Under the pieces are notes generated by a model, which worked only from the letters and a program-made list of their open reading frames with translations, was not told the DNA's origin and ran no database searches. DNA of 64,000 bases from a virus (Duplodnaviria; Caudoviricetes), in the IMG/VR virus record IMGVR_UViG_3300011423_000006, positions 1 to 64,000 of that record; one strand, given 5' to 3'. Below are positions 19,087 through 28,828 of this stretch, in pieces; position 1 is the stretch's first letter, and each line of letters begins with the position of its first letter. Made by a program: the position numbers and the translations under genes.

Positions 19087-19490
19087 GCTATTAAATTATT
19101 AATTATTCTTAGTTGTTCTAAAGTTAAATTCTTTTTGTTGTGGCCGTATTCAAAAGAATGCCAAATTTTCTCACAAATTTTCCCGCATTCTAGTTTGTCT
19201 TGATATTCTTGCTCATTTAAATATAAAGCGTGACGCGGACTATATTCATTCTGTTCACGCCAGTTTTCCAAATAAAAAGACATAGTGGGCCACCAAGTTT
19301 CATGTTTTTGATATTTTACTTTAAATAATTTTCTTCCCACCGATTCTACCACAACATCATAATATTTTAATGGGTCTGTATTACGATATCCGCATTCTAC
19401 TAAAAACAAAACATCGCCAACTTTAGGTTTGGGCCTCATGGACAAATCATCTCCTTTAAAGCTGTATCTAAAATATAACGCGGCACCCAC
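19083..19490 (-). CDS. hypothetical beta-barrel-type phage protein (start probably 19439)
   Basis: PKVGDVLF...VESVGRK. Confidence 0.55.
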   Translation of the reverse strand: MGAALYFRYSFKGDDLSMRPKPKVGDVLFLVECGYRNTDPLKYYDVVVESVGRKLFKVKYQKHETWWPTMSFYLENWREQNEYSPRHALYLNEQEYQDKLECGKICEKIWHSFEYGHNKKNLTLEQLRIINNLIA

Positions 19491-20347
19491 TTTAATTCAT
19501 GCCGCACTTTCTCCATACAAGTTTGCGTAAATTCTTGATATGCGCCCTGATAAGGATTCTCTAAATAACAAATTTCGGGTTTCTTTTTTAAATAAAAGGC
19601 TATTTTCCCAGACAACTCATTAAAAGAATAAGAAACTCCAGACCCGGCATTATAAATTCCATTCGCCTGCGTCTCCATACAATTTAAAATCAAAGAAATC
19701 AAATCCCCTATATAAAACCAATCTCGTTTTTGGTTCCCATCCTTAAATAAATGACAACGTTCATATCGAGTATATTGTTCAATTATTTGATAAATCATAG
19801 ACGCCGATTTAAATTTACCCCCCTCATTCAAACCATAAATATTAGAAAATCGAAGCCCACAAACCGGCAATCCAGTCATTTTATGGAAATTCGCTGCCAA
19901 ATTCTCTAATTGTACTTTAGAAAATCCATAGACGTTGACCGGGGCTAATTTATCTTCTTCCTCTAAAATAGTATCTCTTTTCCCGTAAACAGCGCACGAA
20001 GAAGCAAAAAGCACCGGAGCTTTAGCATGTTCCGCAAGAATTAAAGCATTCCTAAAGCCTTCCACGTTAGTATAAATCATTTCTTTTTGATTCGTAACCG
20101 TAGTATCAGTAATAGAAGCTAAATGAATAACATAATCCCATTTTATCCCAGAAAAATAAGTCAAAACAATAGGATTTGACATATCAAACGCCGCGATTTC
20201 GCCCTTAAAGCCCTGTAAATTTTTATAATCACCAGAAGAAAAATCATCTATTCCAACAATGTAAGCATCAGGATATTTAACTTGCAAAGCGAGCGCGAGA
20301 TTACTTCCTATAAACCCCGCCGCCCCCGTAATTAATATATTCTTCAT
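19436..20347 (-). CDS. rfaD: ADP-L-glycero-D-manno-heptose 6-epimerase-like NAD-dependent epimerase
   Basis: ITGAAGFIGSNL, ASITDTT, ASSCAVYG, PVNVYGFSK, GLRFSNIYG, YQEFTQ. Confidence 0.75.
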   Translation of the reverse strand: MKNILITGAAGFIGSNLALALQVKYPDAYIVGIDDFSSGDYKNLQGFKGEIAAFDMSNPIVLTYFSGIKWDYVIHLASITDTTVTNQKEMIYTNVEGFRNALILAEHAKAPVLFASSCAVYGKRDTILEEEDKLAPVNVYGFSKVQLENLAANFHKMTGLPVCGLRFSNIYGLNEGGKFKSASMIYQIIEQYTRYERCHLFKDGNQKRDWFYIGDLISLILNCMETQANGIYNAGSGVSYSFNELSGKIAFYLKKKPEICYLENPYQGAYQEFTQTCMEKVRHELKWVPRYILDTALKEMICP

Positions 20348-20605
20348 CTATTTATTTAATATATTATTTAAAGCCTCTTGAAGCAAGTAATAAACGTTTT
20401 TATTTTTACGCGGAAAGTTTTCCACGCGCCCTTCCTTCCAAGTTTTTGCGTTATTTCGCCCCGTACCGCTCATAATTACGTTATAGGAACCTTTTTTACT
20501 TTGGGTTTCGCGGGACGTAATTCCATCATTAACAATTTTGATTTTGGCTAAAGTGGACTTTTTGCCGGTTCGGGCGGAATGTAAATCAATATTAATAATT
20601 AACAT
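20348..20605 (-). CDS. hypothetical phage protein
   Basis: I.NDG...G.Y...GRVENFPR motif. Confidence 0.6.
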   Translation of the reverse strand: MLIINIDLHSARTGKKSTLAKIKIVNDGITSRETQSKKGSYNVIMSGTGRNNAKTWKEGRVENFPRKNKNVYYLLQEALNNILNK

Positions 20606-20607
20606 GG

Positions 20608-21210
20608 TTATTTATATTGAGCGGTATATGTAAAACCTCCATTAAAATTAATAATAAAACTCAATAATCTATCTGGAGTATAATATTTTAGAACCTCCAA
20701 ATATTCTTCTTTCATTCTGTAAAAAACTGATCCATCTATGTAGAAATTCGGCATATTTTTATGTGGATTTTTCCTATGATCAACATCCATGCCCCAAATT
20801 AAATGTTCTCTAGTAGTAGTATTATCATAATAATGCCGAATAAAAAAATCATAAACCAAAGACTGAAATTGCTCAATGATTTCGCAAACATATATATCTT
20901 TGACCGCAATTTTCAAATCTTTTTTTGATTCTTCTTCGCTATAAAAAGATACATGATAAAAACCACCCTGATTATAAGTTTCTATAATTTTATCCCAAAA
21001 AGATTTATTAAATTTTGTATTACCAAATATTTCTTCTGTCGTTTCAATTTTTCTCATAGGAATCCCATATCTCTCCGAAATCAAATTGCCCCCAATATTT
21101 CCATCATTAACTTCGGGAGCCGAAACATTACCGCCTGAACTACCGTCATAAACGTACATATTTAGAACGTCTTTTTCATCATATTCGTAAAAAGGTTTTA
21201 ATTGTGGCAT
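20608..21210 (-). CDS. hypothetical protein
   Basis: Co-oriented ORF. Confidence 0.55.
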   Translation of the reverse strand: MPQLKPFYEYDEKDVLNMYVYDGSSGGNVSAPEVNDGNIGGNLISERYGIPMRKIETTEEIFGNTKFNKSFWDKIIETYNQGGFYHVSFYSEEESKKDLKIAVKDIYVCEIIEQFQSLVYDFFIRHYYDNTTTREHLIWGMDVDHRKNPHKNMPNFYIDGSVFYRMKEEYLEVLKYYTPDRLLSFIINFNGGFTYTAQYK

Positions 21211-21222
21211 AATTTTATATTT

Positions 21223-21900
21223 TTAAAATGAACTAGTTGTATGCTTATCATGATGATCTAATTGAATTAAAGCTTTATTATCCATAATCACCATTAAATC
21301 TTCGAACGCAACCGGCGCGAAATCAAAATTATCCACTCCTACATCACACCTTTTATGCCGGGGCCAATCAGGATTAGATTTTTTATCGCTGCCATGACTA
21401 TGACCACTAAAGCAAACCGCGTTTTTTTGCATAAAGTCCCAAACACGAAATGCAAAATGCGAAGCCACAAAAGGAGTAGAATTAATCCAACCTTTAATAT
21501 AATCGCCCACAAAAGTTACTTTTTCTTTGCCGTTTTGATCATAATAAATTGTTGGATAAACTTCAACATCATCCCGACCAAATAAATCGCTAACCAATCT
21601 TCGATATGCCTGTTTTGTCCCCGAATTATGATTGCCCCAAAGCAAATAAATATGACCATTTAATTGATTTACATATTTATAAAATAATTCTTCATTCGCC
21701 TCAAAAAGAAAATCGCCGCAATGAATGACTTTATCTTGGGGGCGTACTTTATTATTATGACGTTTAATTAGTTCAGGGTCATGCTCCGTTAAAGAAGTGA
21801 ATCCTCGTTTTTCCGGGGCCTTGGAATGATTATAATGAGTGTCGCTGGTTAGAAAAACCCGACTCGCCTCAGAAGATTTAAATTTAAATTCTTTTAACAT
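21223..21900 (-). CDS. calcineurin-like metallophosphoesterase
   Basis: TSDTH, HCGD, GNH, GHSHG, DVGVD. Confidence 0.85.
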   Translation of the reverse strand: MLKEFKFKSSEASRVFLTSDTHYNHSKAPEKRGFTSLTEHDPELIKRHNNKVRPQDKVIHCGDFLFEANEELFYKYVNQLNGHIYLLWGNHNSGTKQAYRRLVSDLFGRDDVEVYPTIYYDQNGKEKVTFVGDYIKGWINSTPFVASHFAFRVWDFMQKNAVCFSGHSHGSDKKSNPDWPRHKRCDVGVDNFDFAPVAFEDLMVIMDNKALIQLDHHDKHTTSSF

Positions 21901-22047
21901 TTTTTTATTTAAATAATTCAGGAAATGTATTTTTAAAAGCCTCAGGATGATTTTTTATAAATTTACGAGCATCTTCTCTCAAACAATCAGAACAAAAAAG
22001 CCATCCTCCACATAATCTTTCGTTTTTGCACTTACGAGTCTTACATT

Positions 22048-22626
22048 TCATACTACTTTTCTTCCATGCGTCAACACAATTTCCTTACCACCAACATTTT
22101 CCTTCCAATTCTTACTCCAAGGGCCGCGAAACGTCAAGACCCAAGTTTGTCCATGAGAAAATACCTGATGAAATGTATCTCGTCTAGTAATAATTGGGCG
22201 CAAACTCGATACATGATATTGAATTCGCCAATCCAAATGTCTTTCCTCTAGTTTTCCCTTTAACACCCAACTTATACTATTAAAAGCGTGACTATGATAT
22301 ACTTCGCGGGTTCCATGCTCAAATCTCAATAAAGCTATTGAAAACAACCATTTCGCTTCAATCAACCAATATCCCCAAACATGCGACTGTTCCCCGCCAT
22401 CCTTGCTTTTATAAAATAATCTAACATTAGTTAACATTTTAAAATAACAAAGCCCATACCACAGGGACAATAGAAAAATTCCCCACTGATCATTAAACCA
22501 AGAAGAATACATCCAAAAAGGCTGTCCTAACAGCCCTATCGCGCTCCCAATTTTAAATCTTTTTTCAGAAATAAAATGAATTGCTAAAACACTACAAAAA
22601 AATATTATTAATTGATCAAATTTCAT
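22048..22626 (-). CDS. membrane domain fused to cupin-like domain
   Basis: Three hydrophobic helices (GLLGQPFW..QWG) then HSHAF..WVLKG.LEE..FHQV..TWVLTFRGP. Confidence 0.55.
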   Translation of the reverse strand: MKFDQLIIFFCSVLAIHFISEKRFKIGSAIGLLGQPFWMYSSWFNDQWGIFLLSLWYGLCYFKMLTNVRLFYKSKDGGEQSHVWGYWLIEAKWLFSIALLRFEHGTREVYHSHAFNSISWVLKGKLEERHLDWRIQYHVSSLRPIITRRDTFHQVFSHGQTWVLTFRGPWSKNWKENVGGKEIVLTHGRKVV

Positions 22627-23134
22627 TTATCGTTGAATAAATTGCTCCGTCCACATTTACAAAATTAATTTCATCAAATCCTTCGCCCAACATAGGAGCG
22701 ACTAATTCTCGCTGAAACCTTTCGATAATTTCATTTGGCACAACCCGCTCTCGTTTAGCATTTCGTTCCTTACAAATTTCCATCGGCACGTTAAAATAAT
22801 ATCCAACAATTTTTGCCTCATATCGTTTACCAATATCAATAAATATTTTGCGAGCCTTGGGCGTTTTCGAAATAGCATCAATTATAATATCCTGATGACC
22901 ATGCTTCAAGAAATATTCCACATTCCATTCTAAAACTTGGAAAACCTGTCTCGAAACAGTTTGGTCTGTCTCTCCTTCTCCAATCACACCCCGAAACGCA
23001 TCAGAAGATAAATAAATAATATCTTTTTCACCGCCCTGATATTCCTGTAAATTATAAGCAAACGTACTTTTACCGCTGGATACGTTACCGATTAATATAT
23101 GTAAAACAGGACGAAATAATTCCGGCAAACTCAT
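22616..23134 (-). CDS. polynucleotide kinase-like P-loop kinase (AAA_33)
   Basis: GNVSSGKST, SSDAFR, IIDA, C.ERN..R.RVVP, EGFD. Confidence 0.8.
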   Translation of the reverse strand: MSLPELFRPVLHILIGNVSSGKSTFAYNLQEYQGGEKDIIYLSSDAFRGVIGEGETDQTVSRQVFQVLEWNVEYFLKHGHQDIIIDAISKTPKARKIFIDIGKRYEAKIVGYYFNVPMEICKERNAKRERVVPNEIIERFQRELVAPMLGEGFDEINFVNVDGAIYSTINEI

Positions 23135-23136
23135 AT

Positions 23137-23538
23137 TTACTTTAAAACTTCAGAATCCGCTGAAATTGCAATCGAACACTCGCTATCATCACATTCCGGC
23201 CCAAACATTTGTTCATAAAAATCATCATTATCAAATTCTTTAAAAAAATCATACATTTTATTATGTATTGACTTATATTGATCTTTCTTTTCTCCATAAC
23301 CATCGAACTCATCGCCGTTACAAAAAGTTAAAGTCATACTGTCATAATATAAAGACCAATATTCCGGCTCACCATCATTAAAAGCATAATTATTAATTCG
23401 AATCTCAATAGAAGCTATTCCCTGTTCCTGCATCAATTTCTTAACTTCTTGCTTAAAAAGAGTTTTTGCCTCATCCTGAATTACTTGAATTTGAGCATTT
23501 AACTCACTAATCTTAATTTTGATTTCACTAATTTCCAT
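23137..23538 (-). CDS. acidic hypothetical protein
   Basis: YAFNDGEP motif. Confidence 0.6.
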   Translation of the reverse strand: MEISEIKIKISELNAQIQVIQDEAKTLFKQEVKKLMQEQGIASIEIRINNYAFNDGEPEYWSLYYDSMTLTFCNGDEFDGYGEKKDQYKSIHNKMYDFFKEFDNDDFYEQMFGPECDDSECSIAISADSEVLK

Positions 23539-23541
23539 ATT

Positions 23542-23928
23542 TTACTCCTTAATATACAATTCGGGCAACCCCGCCTCATTTAATAAATAAACCTTATCTT
23601 CAACGGGGTCGCGAAAACCGCACCCATCATTGCTTTCGGTAAAAAATACTTCCGCCCATTTATCTCGGGCTTCCCGCGCCTTATCTTTTAAAGGCAATAA
23701 TTCCTGCTGCTCCCTATCATAAACCGCCACATATTGAACACTTACATCATAACCTTCGTCGTTATATTCTGAATTATATTGCACCAAAACCGTAGTAGCG
23801 GTCGATGGATAATAATTCTTAATATATTCGCGAATTTCAGCTAAATCGCTTTTGCTCTTATTAATCGACGCGCCGAAACGCCCCAATAACTCTTTTACTT
23901 CTTCTGCTTTTAATTTTCGATATGACAT
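23542..23928 (-). CDS. acidic hypothetical protein
   Basis: SEYNDEGY motif. Confidence 0.6.
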   Translation of the reverse strand: MSYRKLKAEEVKELLGRFGASINKSKSDLAEIREYIKNYYPSTATTVLVQYNSEYNDEGYDVSVQYVAVYDREQQELLPLKDKAREARDKWAEVFFTESNDGCGFRDPVEDKVYLLNEAGLPELYIKE

Positions 23929-23931
23929 AAA

Positions 23932-24438
23932 TTAATCTAAAGTTTGTGGAGGCCAACGAAATTTTGGCGCATCTGCCGGTTCAGGAATTATCACAGGCTC
24001 TACAGGATGATCAATCCATTTTCGACTTCCATCCACCGTAACATCTTCTATTTTTTTAGGCAATTTATTTATTCGTCTTTCTTCAATTTTCTTAAAACTC
24101 GGAGGATGCCCATGCCCGTTCTGCATCCAATCTTCGTAAGTCATACTTTCAGCATAATCTTGAGGCGTAGGAATATATTTTCCGCCGAAATCTTCTAGAA
24201 TATGTTGCTCTCCAATATCCCGCACCGAATATGTTCTCCCGGCGCTATTTTGCCTAACCGTCCCGAATATTTTTTCCAAAATAAATAAAAACCAAGAATT
24301 ATGAGTCAAAAATCTGTGCCGATTATCCGACACAACACTTTTAGAACTATCAAGTAAATTATGAATGTCGATATAATCCTCTGGTTTTCCACCGAATTTC
24401 CGCGCCGAACTCTCTGCATGTATCCAAGGTTTAGCCAT
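23932..24438 (-). CDS. DUF6915-like His-rich protein
   Basis: P..HA.SSA.KFGG..EDY..IH...D.SK, HR...H, VRDIGEQH..ED.G..IPT. Confidence 0.7.
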   Translation of the reverse strand: MAKPWIHAESSARKFGGKPEDYIDIHNLLDSSKSVVSDNRHRFLTHNSWFLFILEKIFGTVRQNSAGRTYSVRDIGEQHILEDFGGKYIPTPQDYAESMTYEDWMQNGHGHPPSFKKIEERRINKLPKKIEDVTVDGSRKWIDHPVEPVIIPEPADAPKFRWPPQTLD

Positions 24439-24627
24439 ATTTATTTTTGATTAACAAACTTTACTACTCTTTCTTTCAAATCCTGCAAACCGCAAGTGCA
24501 AATTTCACAATTTTCTATTTCACAATCTCTCTTATGAGTTTTGAATTGATACAACTCTTTTAACAAACTTTTAGCTTTTATAAGAGCGTCTTCTAAATCA
24601 GAAACTCTTTCATAATAAAGACCCATT

Positions 24628-24891
24628 TTATTCTTGAGTTAAAATTACTTGAGCCCCAACCGAAAGAATTTCCCAACGACCCGAAAGCCTGTTGTTTTTT
24701 CGTCTCGTTTCTTCAGAATCCCACGATACACAATGCTTACCTAAATCATGATGCGTACTTTTAGCAACTTGGACTACTGTGCCAACTGTATTAGCAGTAA
24801 AAAGAACAATAAAATCATGATCGCTCTCATCCTGATATCTTTCTAAAACAGGATATTTGGTTTTTGGTTGTATTTGTAATTCACTTTTCAT
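24628..24891 (-). CDS. hypothetical protein
   Basis: IVLFT...GTVV motif. Confidence 0.55.
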   Translation of the reverse strand: MKSELQIQPKTKYPVLERYQDESDHDFIVLFTANTVGTVVQVAKSTHHDLGKHCVSWDSEETRRKNNRLSGRWEILSVGAQVILTQE

Positions 24892-25433
24892 AGATAATTT
24901 TTATTCACTAATCTCCAATACTTACTATTAATCACAATCTCGCCACTGTCAATTTTTCTTAAAACCGCAATCACTTCTTCCAAACTATTATAAACCCATT
25001 CCTTTTTAAAATATGAACAGAGCCAAAGAGGGAGATTTTTATACCCGCCCTCGACAACCAGAAAAACCGGCTTATTTGCGCGTTTACTGGTTATAATTTC
25101 ATCAATCGTCCCGAATGTCGGAAGCTTGGGATTTAAAACCCCCACTAAAAAATCAGAAATATCACACAAATATAAATCTCGACTCCGAATTTTTTTCATT
25201 TGTTCGTGCGCGAAATCATAATCCCCGTTCTGAAGGGCGGCTTTAATTTGATCCTGAAAATTCTTATCTTCTACTTCATAATTTAAAAAAACATGATCTA
25301 AGGGAGAAAAAGTAATAATTCCCATATCTTGGACCTTTTCAGAAAAATCCTCTCTCCATTGCCTCGCGTTATTAAAGCAACCATATTCTAGCTGCCCGAT
25401 CATATAACAACGAGTTTTATACAATAGATTCAT
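24888..25433 (-). CDS. nucleoside 2-deoxyribosyltransferase-like protein
   Basis: YMIG, WRE, SP, RDL...D.SD, GTIDEI, KPV. Confidence 0.75.
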   Translation of the reverse strand: MNLLYKTRCYMIGQLEYGCFNNARQWREDFSEKVQDMGIITFSPLDHVFLNYEVEDKNFQDQIKAALQNGDYDFAHEQMKKIRSRDLYLCDISDFLVGVLNPKLPTFGTIDEIITSKRANKPVFLVVEGGYKNLPLWLCSYFKKEWVYNSLEEVIAVLRKIDSGEIVINSKYWRLVNKNYL

Positions 25434-25669
25434 TTCGCCTTTAATAATTCCACCGGATGAACAGCCACTTTTTGACTTCCCGCCCCACCCGCATAATCAA
25501 CAAAATAAATCGTTCCATTAGTCTCACGAATAATAAAATAATATACTTCACCGGGAATATTAACAATTTCCCCTTGAGGAAAAGCATCACGAACTGCCTG
25601 ATGCGCCGTATTCGCGTTACACCCCACAAATAAAATCAAAGCAATAATTAATAATAAACTATTCTTCAT
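25430..25669 (-). CDS. small lipoprotein
   Basis: LFVGC lipobox. Confidence 0.6.
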   Translation of the reverse strand: MKNSLLLIIALILFVGCNANTAHQAVRDAFPQGEIVNIPGEVYYFIIRETNGTIYFVDYAGGAGSQKVAVHPVELLKAK

Positions 25670-26443
25670 TAACTAATTCCTCCAGTCTTTCCACGAAATC
25701 CTGAATTCGTCCCAATTTTTTTCGATATTCCTCTTTGTTAATAACGTGTGTGTTCATGTCCATCCAGAACACCGTATCCCGAATGTTTTTGATTTGGGAT
25801 TTAACTTCGGCCAAATCAATTTCTTTAGTTTGCATTTTAAGAAGGGGCTCGCGCCCCATTTTTTACTTATTCACCAACACCGGAACCTTCCAATTGCGCC
25901 AGAAATCACAGAACTGATTATAACTATCTGGGCTAATACCCAAAAGCTCCCAAGAATCCGCCCCATCCCATCGAACTAACAAATCACCCTCCTTCACAAC
26001 AACACCCACAATAGCGTCTAGGTCAATAATTCTCACAACGCCGCCGTCCTTATTTTCGTAATATCTTTTCATAATTTTGTCTTTTAGCAAATAGTTAACA
26101 ATCCTAAATTTAATTTCAGTTAAGGTTATCACAAATCCGTATCATTCTCAAAATCTCGCGAGCGTTCTTTTTTTGATTTAGCTGTAATACGTTCGTCAAT
26201 TGGAATAACTTCAAACCGATACAATTCACAATCTCCATCATTATTTGCATAATAACGAATACTCAATTGTTTTTCAGCGTGCCCCAACTCTCTCTCGGTT
26301 AAAAAAGAACCATCTGATCCACAATCACAACCCCACTCCCAAATAACCCCATAAACACGGCCCTTTCTCACTCGTCGCCCGGATTTTAGATTCTCAATTT
26401 GATATAACACTGTCATTCCTTTAATATTAACTCTATCCCAAAA

Positions 26444-27781
26444 CTAAGTCAATGAATTTTCCGCGTCTTCCACGCTGATTTCTTCACTATCCAGTTGTTC
26501 TGATTCGGCTAATAAGAATTTCTGGCTCTTGAGTTTTAAGCCAACAAAACCACCAATACGCTTAGATAAAACAACGCCTTCATCTGGTAATCGGCCCTGA
26601 CAATAAATACAATCCTTTTCTAAATAGTTTTCAATTAATTTATTTAAAAAGTTTTCGTGCCAATCACTTCCAACAGCAACATCCAATTCAGGATATAAAT
26701 CCTTGGCGCGACCAATATAATATACCGGCACATGCTTCAATCCAAATTTATTACAATAATCCAAAACCTGTTGCAAAGAAAATTCATAAACTTGTCCATC
26801 GACGCTAGTATATGTAATTCTAAATACATAAAAATCACATTGATTTTCCGCACACCCATAATCATAAGCGCCCTTTTTGCACTTCTGTATAGCTCCACCC
26901 GTAGGGGTAAAACCCACAACTTCACCATAACAAGAAATACCGTTTTGCAAACATTCTTGATATTTTTTGCCAACCAATTCCCAAACGTTCGCATCATAAA
27001 AATCATTGGTTTTTTGATCTGCAAATTCATTTTTAATAACTCGCCTGCTAGAAACAACTAGGCCATATTCGCTTTCGATAATTTTAGCACCAAAAAACTT
27101 CGCGATTTTATCAGTCATTGATAATTTGCGTTTTACGCCCACTTTAGCAATAACCCCGTTTGCGCCATGCCACTTGCTGGTAATTTCAATCCAATCTTCA
27201 GGATGAATTGTATTAATCTCGCGCTTAAGATGGCGATAATCAGGGCTCAACCTGAATTGGTTGTCCACCAATCGGCTTTCCCGTTTAACCCGGCTTTTAG
27301 GGCCATTAGGAGCGCCCGCCACCTTTTGATTACCCGGAACATACTTCTCAACAAATAATAAATCACCAATAGAATCAAATTCTTTATTTAAATCTGCTTC
27401 TGTTACTTGGTATTTAATTTTTTGAGTCTTAAGCCAATCGTTGAACTCAAAAACAGGATGCAAATATCCTTCACTCAAAATAGAGCGCAAGCGTGTTGCC
27501 TTAACTCGGCACTTGACGCTAAAGAATCCCTTTTTGGTCTTATCTTGGTTTAATTCCGGGTCGGAATAACCATTAATATAAGATAGAAAATCTTTGTTTA
27601 TCTTACATTCAAGAGGAAAATAGATATAAAGGCCCCCAACAACAGCATCCTTGCCCGTTATAATTACTTGGCCCTCAACAGTAACTAAAGAAAGCCGGTC
27701 TGCGCTCGGATGAGCGCGTAATTCCGGCATTTTAACAATTTTACTTAAATAATTTAAATTTGTAGATTTTACCTGTAGCAT
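26444..27781 (-). CDS. RNA ligase, DRB0094/Rnl2-like with N-terminal OB domain
   Basis: HPSADRL, RVKATRLR...SEG, ITSKWHGAN (motif I), YGEVVG, FYVF, EGVV, LKLKS. Confidence 0.85.
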   Translation of the reverse strand: MLQVKSTNLNYLSKIVKMPELRAHPSADRLSLVTVEGQVIITGKDAVVGGLYIYFPLECKINKDFLSYINGYSDPELNQDKTKKGFFSVKCRVKATRLRSILSEGYLHPVFEFNDWLKTQKIKYQVTEADLNKEFDSIGDLLFVEKYVPGNQKVAGAPNGPKSRVKRESRLVDNQFRLSPDYRHLKREINTIHPEDWIEITSKWHGANGVIAKVGVKRKLSMTDKIAKFFGAKIIESEYGLVVSSRRVIKNEFADQKTNDFYDANVWELVGKKYQECLQNGISCYGEVVGFTPTGGAIQKCKKGAYDYGCAENQCDFYVFRITYTSVDGQVYEFSLQQVLDYCNKFGLKHVPVYYIGRAKDLYPELDVAVGSDWHENFLNKLIENYLEKDCIYCQGRLPDEGVVLSKRIGGFVGLKLKSQKFLLAESEQLDSEEISVEDAENSLT

Positions 27782-27787
27782 GAATTA

Positions 27788-27816
27788 ATCATACTACAGA
27801 TTTATTTTTAATACAA
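27788..27816 (-). promoter_or_regulatory. sigma70-like promoter, leaderless
   Basis: TTGTAT-17-TATGAT, 6 nt to ATG. Confidence 0.65.
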
Positions 27817-27824
27817 GAAAATTA

Positions 27825-28151
27825 TTACTCCCTGCTTTTGTGGTATTTTTCTATCTTATTTTTTTCTTCTAAAAGCTTTTTCCGCGCCCGATCCAAACTC
27901 ATGCATGACCATCCATACATACCCCACAATGACTGTCCGGGGTAATATTCCCCCGCCTCATACTTATATCCATTCGTTTCAAACGCCTTTTTAATCAAAG
28001 GAATCACTACTTCATATTCAGTTAAAAGAAAACTTTTTGTTTTGGTAATTTTAATTGGCTTGGTTCTTTTATAGATATAAAATTTACCTTTTTTCTCAAT
28101 TTGTTCGTAAGTGTAGCCGGATTCTTCGAACTGCTTTTCTAAAACTTTCAT
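27825..28151 (-). CDS. hypothetical phage protein
   Basis: YEV...E.YP....WG.YGWS. Confidence 0.6.
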   Translation of the reverse strand: MKVLEKQFEESGYTYEQIEKKGKFYIYKRTKPIKITKTKSFLLTEYEVVIPLIKKAFETNGYKYEAGEYYPGQSLWGMYGWSCMSLDRARKKLLEEKNKIEKYHKSRE

Positions 28152-28157
28152 ATAAAT

Positions 28158-28181
28158 AAAGAAGGGGTCTTTCGACCCCCG
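28158..28181 (-). terminator. terminator
   Basis: ggggtc-gaaa-gacccc then ttcttt. Confidence 0.7.
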
Positions 28182-28203
28182 TTACTGATTCGCTTCTTTG
28201 CCT

Positions 28204-28827
28204 TTATGGAAGCTCAACCAAAATATTCTTGACTTGTCCGGGTTGATTCAACGTCAAAACCGGTGTTTCCGAAGACAAACCAATCATGTTGGTTGCCTGA
28301 AGATAAACTCTAGTATTATTTTTACGATTTATAGTAAAACTAGCCGAAAGACTAGTCGTAAAATGATTCGTAAGAGTGTTTTGTCCCTGAGTAATAGATA
28401 CGTAGTATCCCTTTACCCCGTCAGTCGCCGGATTCGCCGCCCAATTTAAACTAATCAACCATTGATTATTATTAACTAAAGTTAAACTAGAAGCAAGCAA
28501 AATCGGTCCAGCAGGAGGGCCGCTTAAAAATTGATACGGCAAAGTGGCAGAAGGAATTGACTCCAAACCGTTCGTACTAAACGCAGTTACAAACAAAGTA
28601 TAATCTCTGCCCGCAACAAGATTTGTTAAACTATGTTGCAAATTCGTGCCAACATTTATCATATTAGTTGTTGTCCCGTTGACAAAAAACACATGATATT
28701 CCTTAACCCCTTCATCGGCGGGATTCGCGTCCCATTTTAATGTTGCCGCCTGAGTTGATAACGATAAAGCGACCGCCGCCGCAAATACCCCAATAATTTT
28801 TCCAATATTTTTAATGATTTGTTCCAT
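28204..28827 (-). CDS. secreted protein with two fibronectin type III-like domains
   Basis: Signal peptide; repeats LKWDANPADEGVKEYHV / LNWAANPATDGVKGYYV. Confidence 0.75.
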   Translation of the reverse strand: MEQIIKNIGKIIGVFAAAVALSLSTQAATLKWDANPADEGVKEYHVFFVNGTTTNMINVGTNLQHSLTNLVAGRDYTLFVTAFSTNGLESIPSATLPYQFLSGPPAGPILLASSLTLVNNNQWLISLNWAANPATDGVKGYYVSITQGQNTLTNHFTTSLSASFTINRKNNTRVYLQATNMIGLSSETPVLTLNQPGQVKNILVELP

Positions 28828-28828
28828 A

